Assembly (NCBI GenBank): GCA_963693365.1
Contig: CAVNZM010000006.1
Location: forward strand, 2,852,001-2,916,000
Direction: 5' to 3'
Length of the DNA: 64,000 nt
Source: Amoebidium appalachense
Taxonomy: Eukaryota; Protista; Ichthyosporea
Part shown: positions 1 to 64,000 of the stretch, piece by piece
Numbering within the stretch: position 1 is the first letter of the stretch
Layout of the letters: each line of letters starts with the position of its first letter
Program-made: the position numbers and the translations under genes
The notes under the pieces: model-generated
Seen by the model: the letters and a program-made list of their open reading frames with translations, nothing else
Told to the model about the DNA's origin: nothing
Databases searched by the model: none

Positions 1-215
1 CACAACGAGCATAGATCGGTTCACACACCTACTCCCACCGAAACAGAAACAACCACGACTTTAGGAAAAGGCTTCGTGCATGGTGTGAAGGGTGTGCGCA
101 TGCCGACCGTGCGCACGCACACGCGAGTGTGTGTTTGCGTGCGGCTGTGTTCACCCTTCATGCAGTGACCACACACAACTGTACATGTTAGCAAGCACGG
201 AGACAGGGACAACGA

Positions 216-262
<47 letters not shown>

Positions 263-344
263 ACGTGTGTGTGTGTGTGTGTGTGTGTGCACGTGTGTGT
301 GTGTGTGTGTGTTTGGGGGGAAGGGGAAGAGAGAGAGAGAGTAC

Positions 345-38432
<38,088 letters not shown>

Positions 38433-38616
38433 CTGTATGCACAGACAGGTCAGAACCCTTTTTCAGGGGAGGGAGGGGAGGGGGGGAGGGGGGGGGGGGG
38501 GGAAGGGAGGGAGGGAGGGAGGGGAGGGAGGAATCTCCGGTTTTCATATCTCCGTAGACTTGTATTGCCTCCCCCTCCCCCCTCCCCCCTCTCCCCACCC
38601 CCCCCCAGCCTCCCCC

Positions 38617-38647
<31 letters not shown>

Positions 38648-38826
38648 ACCAAAAAAACCACACACACCGTTTCTTGCACCTCATACCCTCCCCTATCAGC
38701 TTTCCACTTACCCCCCCCCCCCCCCCCCCCCCCTCTCGCCCCCTCTCCCCTCCCCCCCCCCCCCTCTCTCTCTCTCTCTCTCCCCCCCCCCCCTCTCCCC
38801 CCCCCCCCCCCCCCCCCCCCTCCCCC

Positions 38827-38857
<31 letters not shown>

Positions 38858-40394
38858 ACACACGCATCACCCCATCCCACCCTCTTCCGTTCCACAACCC
38901 CTGCCCCTTCTAACTTGCCACGCACATTCATCGTCCTACCACACTCCTCTAGTCGCCAGAACTTTCATAACCACTACCGCCTTTCTTGCCAATATCCAGA
39001 TCTCAACAAAACAAGTTTTACATGCACTTAGTATACATAAACGAAACGATAAAAGCCACAATAGCGTGTGGTGTACAGTCAAAAAACTTCTCTCTCTCTC
39101 TTGAAATGTGCTCTTGGGACACTGTGTCCCTACTATGCACAGAATTTCAGATTGATCTTTTCCTTTTCCCCCTTTCCTTCTGTTGCGAACTTTTCTACGT
39201 GAAATAGTAAGAGTAACATGATTCCAATCCTCAACTGGCATACATACACACATATGGTTGTATGCAAGCACCTATGTATATGTTTATGCCCGGAGGCCCG
39301 CACAATCGTACAGGCAAGTGCATGAACAAACATGCACGCCCACCCACGCAGGTGCACATGCACACATAACCAGAGAAAGATGAGGGGGGAGGGGGGGGAG
39401 GGGGAGGGGGGTATGAGGGAAGGAAGAGGGGATGGGGGGACGTGGTAGAAGAAAGAGAAGGGGGAGGGGGGGGGGGGGGGGTAGGCTCTGGCGGAGGGAG
39501 GGAGGGAGAGTGAGAGAAAAGGAGGAAGACATGGTGCATGAACCATTACCTCCAACAATGTCAAAAGGAGAACGAAGCCATTATAAAGCATGTGGTGTGG
39601 GAGACATCCATGCAAGATTGGGGAGGGGGGGAAGGGGGTGGGGGGTGGGGGGAAGGGGGGGGGGAGGCCCCGCTGGAGGGGGAGAGGCGGAGGGGGGGGG
39701 GGGGGGGGGGGTACTTGAATCCAAGCGCCTTTGGGTGTGCACATGTTTCGCAGCGCACAGCAGCGGGCACACGGCCGGTCGCGGCCTCATCCACACGTGG
39801 TTGGGCCCTCTGGCGGCCCAGCAGCCAATCCATGTTACTGCGCACGCACCATGCTCTCCCTGTCTATCTCTGTGGCACGAAGTAAGATCACCGGTGATGT
39901 AGCATCTGTTTACAACTGCTGCACTACAGGTACTACAGGCTAATATAACACTGAGGCTAGTGGTAAGGCTAGTGGTAAGGTTTAGGTGGGTGGAATGCTG
40001 GCGGACTCTCAGTACCCCACCGTTGACAGCAAGCGGCGTGCAGACAGAGAAGTGGACACAGGCTGCGCAGAGGCTCTCAGCATCTGATATCCTGACGTGG
40101 CTCAGTACGTGTGAACGGTTGCTGACTTGCCTTTTTCGGCAGGTGTTTCGGGTGGTGCATAGTGTGTACTGCACGTGTGACTGTGTGTATGTGCGTGCGC
40201 ATGCATGGGTGTGTATGTGCGTGCGCGTGCACGTGTGCCTGCATGCATGTGTGCGCGCCATGACCACATGCACATAGTGATCACATCTGACATGGCAATG
40301 TTGAACATGTACATCTGTGTAGTTGTGAAGTTGCACTTTCATTCCTCGGGCCCTTAGTGATTCCTTCGGGCACCCTCTCAGCAACACCAAACCA

Positions 40395-56244
<15,850 letters not shown>

Positions 56245-56445
56245 CTTCGCTTCTACCACTACAGAATGACAGATAGCACTAAAAAGTAACTTGACCTATT
56301 CTATAATAAGTGAAACGTTAGCTATATATATGTATATAATATATAGAAACGGACACTAGACGGACGACATCCTGTGACTGCAGAAAGCAACGGCATGAAC
56401 CGGGAATGTTTTGCTGAGGTCAACGTACGCGTGCAGGCGCGCGTT

Positions 56446-56451
56446 AAAAAA
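56446..56451 (-). terminator. T6 run, possible Pol III terminator of the candidate ncRNA
   Basis: First run of more than 4 T on the minus strand downstream of the TATA box; lies just after the closing helix. Confidence 0.35.
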
Positions 56452-57098
56452 TTCTTTGAGCATCAGATTTCCTAGAATACTTAGCCGCTTCGCGTGGATC
56501 TGGACATGATCTATATCTAGATTGTTAAATTTACGTATAAAACTTCCGCAATACAATTGATCTATTAAAGTTTTAAAGTTTGCATAAAATCTAGATTGAT
56601 TTCGACCCTCTTCCAGATGGGCGAATCTGGAAGAGGGGGAGGGGGGGTCTTCTATGTAGATGTCTGGGATGAGACGATTGGTCCTTGGAACCTGCCTAAA
56701 TATCTTGTATTCAATAGAATTGCGATCTGCGATCTAGATAACTCAGTTTCTAAACTGCTCTACGCGAATCGAGCAGACTTTTAGATATTTAGAGAACGGT
56801 CTTGGTTCTCTAAATTCGCCGAGAATTTAAATATTTAGATCCAAGCGAAGCGACTCACTAATTTCATGCTTTCCATCGCATAAGTGGCTTGGATTGTGCG
56901 TGCGTAGTAAATCTATGCTAATTGCTCTCTGGCAAATAAAGGCGCGTGGGTGGTTATCAACGCAAAAGCGCAAATCGGTATTTAACTTTTTCATTAATTC
57001 TGCGATCCACTTAATCATAGAGCCCATTGGGTTAGAACAGATCTTACACGATCGCAATTTGAAACCAAACGTAGATGAAGATTTTTATCTCTGAATTG
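56446..57098 (-). ncRNA. Candidate large structured ncRNA (~650 nt), family unknown
   Basis: 19-position helix 56855-56837/56501-56483; 13-bp and 11-bp perfect hairpins; long AU arm 56515-56597; G-U pairs favour the minus strand; TATA upstream and T6 downstream. Confidence 0.5.
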
Positions 57099-57121
57099 AA
57101 CAGCTGCGGCGGATTGGTGGG

Positions 57122-57129
57122 TATTTATA
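57122..57129 (-). promoter_or_regulatory. TATA box (TATAAATA) pointing leftwards
   Basis: Consensus TATA about 25-30 nt upstream of TTCAATTC; CACGTG motifs further upstream. Confidence 0.5.
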
Positions 57130-58633
57130 GCTTGACTCTTGGTTCAAGAGCGTCACACTTCTAAAAAATATTTTATGCACGTGTTTGTGTCACGTGAAAT
57201 GCACCAAGGCCTTGAAGTGAATGTGTGTGTGTCCACAGTAAAGAAGTGAAGTGGCACCTGAAAATAGAACAAAAAAATAACTTAGTTTTAGCTGAATGTT
57301 TTTTTTACTGTTGTACGTATAGATAGCGTGCTTTTAGGCCTATGACGGTCAGGACCGGGAAAGCCAGGTGTGCGCTAAGGCTCCAAGAAGGAGATCGAAG
57401 TGCATAAAACAAACTTTGAAGAGAATAAAAATGGTTTTCCGTCTATATTTGTGCTCGCCAGTTCACAGCATGAGCTGCATAGCGAACATGGGTGCCCCAC
57501 TGATGTTTAGAAGGGTGCCAAGTTATGGGCCGGAGCACTCATACTCACATCTGTTGTCGCTGGGAGGGCAGTACAGTAACTTGAGACAGAACAGCTGCTT
57601 GGAACACTGTTTGAAGAAGTAGGTGCTCTCTGCCTTCGCCCTCTGACATCAAAGTACACACCTGTCCGAAGACCACCACGCTAAAACCATTTCAACAACG
57701 CATCTTTCTTTGTTAACAAGCTTAAAGGCCATCTGAAGGCCAGGTACCACCTATAGCTGTTTTCGCAACTACGGGAAAACGAGGATGCGGAGGCAACGTG
57801 CTTGATGTCAGCGCAGTTGTTGTGCAACACTAACGACCAGAACGGTTTGGGGCATCAACATAAATACGCTCAGCTACACTTCAACCGTGATGGCTGGTCC
57901 TACACTCAAAGGTACTGTACGTCATAGCTGCACACCTACTTGGTACTTGCATCACAACACAAACTCGCCCATATAAACGTCTCTCCACTGCTGGGCTTAC
58001 ACCTACGTGCAGGTTACTTTGACGTGTGCTTGAGCTGCTTCACTGACTTTTGCTAGGCTCTCTACATCAACACGAGCCCCCATATTCACGTTTGGGAGAC
58101 TGTGTGCAAACACACCGTGAAGCATACAAGTGCCCAGGATTCGTTATTCATGGCATGGCGATTTGTTCACATGCTCCTTGTACATGTCACATGCTCCTCG
58201 TCTAGTACACTGCTCTGGCGGCAACAGATAAGTGAAAGTTCGGTCAAGCTAAATTCCTGTGCCCGTTGCGTGACTGTTTGGAGCTTGCACTATGTGTTGC
58301 TATGCTGATAACTCGTTTGTTCCTCGGTGCACACACCAGGCACACTGAGGAAGCCATTCAAGTGCAGGAATGCTTGATATGTGCACACTTGTTACTTGAC
58401 ATGTGCATACCTTGGCTTTACGGTGCAGACAGCTGTTTCATGGCCACGAGGCTCGCCATGTCCTGACTTTGCCCTCGGAGACCGTTGTAGGCTTCGTGCG
58501 ACCAAGTCGACCCTGGCTGCTCCTTTTGGCTGCTCCTTTTTTTGATTCTCATTTATTTGTGAGGGGTGGGAGGTGGGGGTAGGTGGTATTCGGCAGCGTC
58601 GGTGGAGTGGGTGGAGGTGATCGTGGTGTGTGT

Positions 58634-58702
<69 letters not shown>

Positions 58703-60687
58703 TAAAGAGCCATGCCTCAAAAAAATACCTGCTATTTTTTTGTCTTGATTTTTGAAAAGAAAATACGCTTCCTGGTAGCTGTTATACAGCCAGTCGGAGC
58801 TGGTAATAGTAAGAGGGTTGAAGGCTGCAGCTTTGAGTGTTTTGTTTTTTGTTTTTTTTTTTGCCCCTTTTTTTGCCCCTTTTTTTGGCTTGCCCTCGAG
58901 GTTTTAAAATTTCTGTCCCGACTCGGCGACTCCCGAGGCCCGGCCAATGATTGCGATTCCAGCCTAATTAAACGCCCCCGCACGATGGCGAAGCTTTCTA
59001 AACTCCAAATTATGGAGCGGGGTCCTATGAATGTTGCACATTTTCAAAAAACTATTCTAGCCACTGGTAGTTTGTTCTTTGGGAAGTTTTCCTGAGACAT
59101 GCGACATGCCGAACCATTAGCTTGAATTGAAAAAACACATGTAAAGATTTTGTCTGTGTATCTCGATTCATGAATTAGTAAATAACTATGAATGACAATC
59201 TGTATTTAGCTATTTGCAGAAAACTATTTACTTTCGCCAAGAGTATATGGGGACCCTCGTGTGTGATCTGCGATGGCTTTCCGAGCGCAAAACGAAAAAC
59301 ATGGCAACCAACCAGTACCAACAACACAGCACGCCTGCTATTTATCTTCATGGTTATGATCTTGGTTATATAGTTTTTTTTATTTTAGTTATATTCATAT
59401 ATTGAGTTCATGTATTAATTAACTTGTTAAAGCTCATGTAGTGGCTGGCTTATGTTTTGTCAGCTGTACACGTACTAACATCAGCCTGTGGTCAGAGGGA
59501 GAACATAGACCTTTCCTTTTCAACTTGGCTTACTGCTACCCACCACCATGTCGTTGCGTCTGTCCCCCACTGCCTCCCGCCGGGTCTCTGTAAGTTTTCG
59601 TTTCCTTCCTGCACTTAAAGACTGCTGGGTTTTGCGTCCGGTGAAGACGATTCGAGGGGCAGTTGGGAGAAGGGGTTGGCTGGAAGGCTTTTTTGAACGT
59701 GGATCTGAATGTTATGGTTGGTGTGAGGGAGTGAGTGTATAAGAGTGATGTTCTATGCGTGTGCTTATAGTGGCATCCCTTCTTTCTTTGTGCCTGTGTC
59801 CTGTATAGTCTAGGCAGTGTGTGTGAGCCTGTGAGCCTGCACGCACTCTTGCTTGCTGGACTTGGCTTTCTGGAAGCGGGTGAACGAGCTCTCGGGGGGA
59901 GTTGGATCTGTCGCCTTAGTGAAACCTTATGTATATTTAAGTCTTCATAGGTTGGGGAGGCGTTGAGGGGGAGGTGGGGGGGGGGGAGGGCACTGGCAGT
60001 TATGGCACAGTCATATAGGGCGTGGGAGAGCTCAGGCTTGTGAGGGGGAGGGGGGGGGGGGGGGGGGGGGGCCGATCCCCTTGTTCTGGGAGACAGAAAA
60101 TGGGAAGTTGACTGGACTGTCTGTGTGTCTTGTGGCTGGGGGATGGTGAGGAGGTAACTGGCTGGGTGCCTGCTAAGGGGCAACAGTGAGGGATGGGTTG
60201 GTGGGCGGATGGACACGCATTGGCTTATGTTGCCCAGGTTGTATTTTCTGTGAAACGGCATTCCGACCTTCCTTGATGTCTTTTTTTTTTTTTTTTTTTT
60301 GGGGGGGGGGGGGGGGTGTTGGGTGTTTGTGGAGAACTGGACTCTTTAGAGAAAAAAGAGGGTGGGTGCAACCGGACAATTCGGACACGTTCAAGACTTT
60401 TTTCCTTACTCTCCTCAATCCCATGTTTTACGCCATTCCCTCCTTCCCCCACCTCCCTGAGAGAACACTGGAAGTTTTACCGAAAAGCCCGTCACCCATC
60501 AGTTTGCTTCGCGCACTTGGTAGAACACTATTTCTTAATCCCCCCCCCCCCCCCTCCTCCTCTCTCCTCCCCCCCCCCCCCCCCTCCTCCACCTCTCTCC
60601 TCCTCCTCCTCCTCCTCCTCCTCCCTCCCCCGTCCCTACCATCCACCCTTCCCCGCTTCCTTCCTCCCGCGCCCCCCCCCCCCTCCC

Positions 60688-60718
<31 letters not shown>

Positions 60719-60969
60719 ACACACACGCACATCCGGATACACCAACGCTACAATCACCGCCGCCATCACCAACGTCTGGACTATGCCCGGGAGGAATTCT
60801 CCATTCGGAGGAGGAGGGAGAGAAAGGGGGAGGAGGGGGGGGGGGGGGGGGGGGGATCCTGCTTTTCCCCACACGACACCAGACCATTTCCATTTTCCAT
60901 TCCTCATTGTTTCCAAACCCCACACTAATTATCCACCCTTATGCACACACACAGGTGGTGAAGGCATCG

Positions 60970-62007
60970 ATGGACCAGCTTACCCGCAAGCAGATAATCA
61001 CCTTTGTTGTTGGTGCGGTGGCATTTTCAGCCATGTGTGTGGGTGTCTACCTCTGGACCACAAACACAGAAAGAACAATCATCCAATTTACCTCCCCCCT
61101 TCCTCTCGTTGCCCCTACGGGCGCCACGCTAGCGTCACTCAAACCACAATGCCGTGTGGACGAAAATGGGTTTGCACCGTGGTCCGAACAATATCGGTTG
61201 CACGCTGGGTGGGCGGTGAAGAAGTGGAAGGAGGAATTGCCCATGCGGCTGATGAAAGAATACAACGGTTACAACCAGGCACCGGGGGTATTTCCGTCCA
61301 TTTCTCTCTGGGACAGCCACTATGTGGGGGCTGGTATTAATGAGCCCCCCGGCCATCGGCGCTTTGACCTGTTTAACCCCTACCTCCCGTGCCCTAGCGG
61401 ACAGTTGAAGAAAATGGGCACTCTGGAGGGGGGCAAATGGATTTGCACCGATTTGCTGGAAAAGGAGCCGTGCCTGATTTATTCCCTGGGTAGCAACAAT
61501 GAATTTTCATTCGAGGAAGTTATGTTGGCGAACACTCCATGCGAGATGCACACATTCGACTGTACGTCCACCCCGAAAGTGCTCAGCCCGAAACACCATT
61601 TCCATTCGATCTGCATCGGCGATTTGAAGCAATCGACATCCGATCGGAAATTCATGCCCCTGGACGATATCAAGAAAATGCTTAACCACCCGAAGATCGA
61701 CCTTCTAAAAATGGACATTGAAGCATTCGAATTTGACGTTTTTGCTGGGTGGTCCCCCGAAATGGTTAACTCCCTCCCTCTTCAACTTTCGTTTGAGATG
61801 CATTATTGGCCGATTTACGCCGGCACTTCTCTTAGGAAATCGCACAGCACGGAGACTTTGGTATATCCCCGCAGACAGCTGAGCCTGGGGGAGATGGCAC
61901 TGTACATGTCCCGATTGGCCGATTTCGGCTATGGCATTATGTCACGGGAGGACGGGAACTATTGGTGCCCCGGATGCTGTGAACTGACGCTGATTAGAAC
62001 CATTTAG
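60970..62007 (+). CDS. FkbM/Methyltransf_22 (METTL24-like) SAM-dependent methyltransferase with N-terminal signal anchor; intronless CDS, 345 aa
   Basis: GGKWIC, CLIYSLGSNNEFSFE, HTFDCT, IDLLKMDIEAFE, QLSFEMH, CCELT motifs; hydrophobic IITFVVGAVAFSAMCVGVYLW; CACAG acceptor just upstream suggests a 5'UTR intron. Confidence 0.9.
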   Translation: MDQLTRKQIITFVVGAVAFSAMCVGVYLWTTNTERTIIQFTSPLPLVAPTGATLASLKPQCRVDENGFAPWSEQYRLHAGWAVKKWKEELPMRLMKEYNGYNQAPGVFPSISLWDSHYVGAGINEPPGHRRFDLFNPYLPCPSGQLKKMGTLEGGKWICTDLLEKEPCLIYSLGSNNEFSFEEVMLANTPCEMHTFDCTSTPKVLSPKHHFHSICIGDLKQSTSDRKFMPLDDIKKMLNHPKIDLLKMDIEAFEFDVFAGWSPEMVNSLPLQLSFEMHYWPIYAGTSLRKSHSTETLVYPRRQLSLGEMALYMSRLADFGYGIMSREDGNYWCPGCCELTLIRTI

Positions 62008-62250
62008 ATTCGTTTGTTATAATTAGGAATTTGGTTATTGCGAGGTTGTTGGCGCTAGTAAAACTGAGCAGTTTAGGATATGCCTCTTTCGGGTTGTTTA
62101 GGTTTTGAAGATTTGTTGGGAGCGGTTTTGATGATCTTTTCGTTATTGTTTTGAAATGATTGGTCTTCACGCTTTTCATGTGATTTACATATGCTATGTG
62201 CATGTACTTGCAAATCTGATCTTTCCAGTTGGGTTTAGATAATTAAGATG

Positions 62251-62490
62251 ATATCTCGTGAGGTGTTGGTTTTGCCAAATCACATTAACTTCACTTTCAC
62301 CTATGAATCGTTGAAAATATGGGTTTTCTAATCAAGATATCTCTACAGGTGCTTGATATTTCAAAATATGTCAACTTCACCATCACCCTCATAATCATTG
62401 AAAATATGGTTTATAAAACGGTTATCTCTTAAGATGTTGGATATGCCAAATAACGTGAAATTTCAACCACAGCTGTAACATCTTCGCATA
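62251..62490. repeat. Degenerate ~86-bp tandem repeat, ~3 copies
   Basis: Units begin (A)TATCTC near 62251, 62337 and 62422; shared GTTGG, CAAA, AACTTCAC and TTGAAAATATGG segments. Confidence 0.65.
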
Positions 62491-62899
62491 TTCATCGCGC
62501 ACCTTTTTTTGCAGCTGAAACAGATGCATACATACGTATGGTGGCTGGCCCACTTGGATCTATTCCACGAATCAACTTCTTGGTCCATCATTAAATGATA
62601 AAAAGTTATCTCCATTTGGCTGTACAGTTTACTCTGCCCCCCTCCCCTCCCCCCCGCTCTTTGGGTCTTAGTACGATGCCGCCGTGGTGGAACGTATTGG
62701 GGGGGGGGGGGGGGGTTAAGCTAAGTTGAACGAACTCTACAGCCTAGCCTTATTAATCTTTAGGCCATCAGATGACTAGTACTTGTTTCAGGCCCCCTTA
62801 TTAGTGGGTGAGTGGCCCCTGTCACAGCACTCTTCGTTGTACATGTCACCTTTGGATACTTCGATCCGCGTGTGATCCACTGAGTCATTCTTGGACTAT

Positions 62900-62930
<31 letters not shown>

Positions 62931-63139
62931 CCCCGCCCCTTCCCCCCGGAACCCCAAACCCAACCCACCCACGTGCACCACCACCAGTCCCGCTCTCTCC
63001 TATCGCTTGCCATTGAGTCACACTGTCAGCTTAATATCCTTCAATCAGCTAAATTTAAAAGTTACGTATAATACGCCGCATTCAAGTGACGTGTGCAAAT
63101 TTTGCTCTCGATAGTTCGTGCAACACACACACACACACA

Positions 63140-64000
63140 TGTATCCAATTAATTAAACCAACATATCATGCAAGCTGGTGCACGATATGTTGGCTTTATA
63201 GATTGGAAAACTGCTTATGATTCTGTCTCCCCTGGAAAATGGTCTCCTATGGGAAAAGCTTGCTGCACGGGGTGTACCACACTGCATTGGTGTTTTGTTG
63301 GAAGCACTTTTGTCTCAAACCTATGGTAGAGCTGTGGTTAATAATCACCTTTCATATGGGTACTAGAGGTCTCTTGCAGGGTTCAGTCCTTAGCCTCTTT
63401 TTGTTTAACTTATTTATACATAGATGATTTGGCTGTCAAGATTTATGCCGATTCGGAAATGATGACCCCATTAACTTATAACTTTCCGCCTGCACTTCTC
63501 TATGCTGATGATCTGTCCCTCCTTGCTCGTACCCCTAGACGCCTGCAGAGATTGTGCGATATAGTCTCAGAGTGGTGCAAGTCAAACTTTATGATCCTTA
63601 ATATAGACAAATGTGGTGTTCTTGTACCTGATATAGCTAACAATTTACACGCATTTACATTATCATCTCAACCTGTACCCATAGTTCCAGAATACAAATA
63701 CCTTGGTATTCCGGTTAATTCTGCTGGTGCGTAGGTTATGTTTTCCCATATGGTTAAAAAGAGGGTATGTAGAGCTGGCTCGTAAGCGGTTAGCTTTCTT
63801 CTCGGCTAATATTTTTGAAGACACACCCCTCCATCCTTCTATTAGACTTACATTTACTCGCACCTTTGTCTTCCCGGCATGTGAATATGGTTTACCCCTT
63901 CTCGCCGCTTGGATCAACTTCAGAGAGAACTAGAGCGCTTAAACGCTTGGCAAATTTCCTTGAAGTAGAAGTTGCCTCCTTTTTATCTAACAAACTGTTG
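63140..64000 (+). mobile_element. Degenerate LINE reverse transcriptase fragment (frameshifted, runs off the window)
   Basis: FIDWKTAYDSV, RGLLQGSVLSLFLFNLFI, LLYADDL, NIDKC, YKYLG, FVFPACEYG motifs with frameshifts. Confidence 0.9.

Noticed and set aside
56356-57057. Alternative genetic code suggested by in-frame stops
   Set aside because: All three stop types occur, and the reconstructed host exons contain no in-frame stops
57345-57370. SRP-like CAGG..GAAA motif
   Set aside because: Helix-8 pairing and the GCAG partner are absent
60316-60969. N-terminal extension of the methyltransferase ORF
   Set aside because: Poly-P/G low complexity upstream of a CAG acceptor; the ATG at 60970 directly precedes the signal anchor

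Overview
Eukaryotic genomic DNA, probably a protist; the NBEAL-type gene hints at a unicellular opisthokont, but that is inference. Introns are packed with G/C homopolymers and (CA)n/(GA)n microsatellites, so most ORF-track entries are low-complexity artefacts. Reconstructing exons by hand gives three protein genes. (1) The 5' part of a neurobeachin-like BEACH-family gene (NBEAL1/2 type), minus strand, from ~38.4 kb running off the left edge. (2) An intron-rich minus-strand gene (56244->40395) for a bacterial-type LtaS/YejM(PbgA)-like membrane phosphotransferase. (3) An intronless plus-strand FkbM/Methyltransf_22 methyltransferase with a signal anchor (60970-62007). Mobile DNA includes two related TTAA-flanked piggyBac-like MITEs, a MITE with ~83-bp TIRs, two truncated copies of one LINE family, and several minisatellites. 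The most striking unexplained feature is a repeat-free island at ~56450-57100. Its minus strand folds into many helices with G-U pairs and lies between a TATA box and a T6 run, which makes it a candidate ~650-nt structured ncRNA gene.
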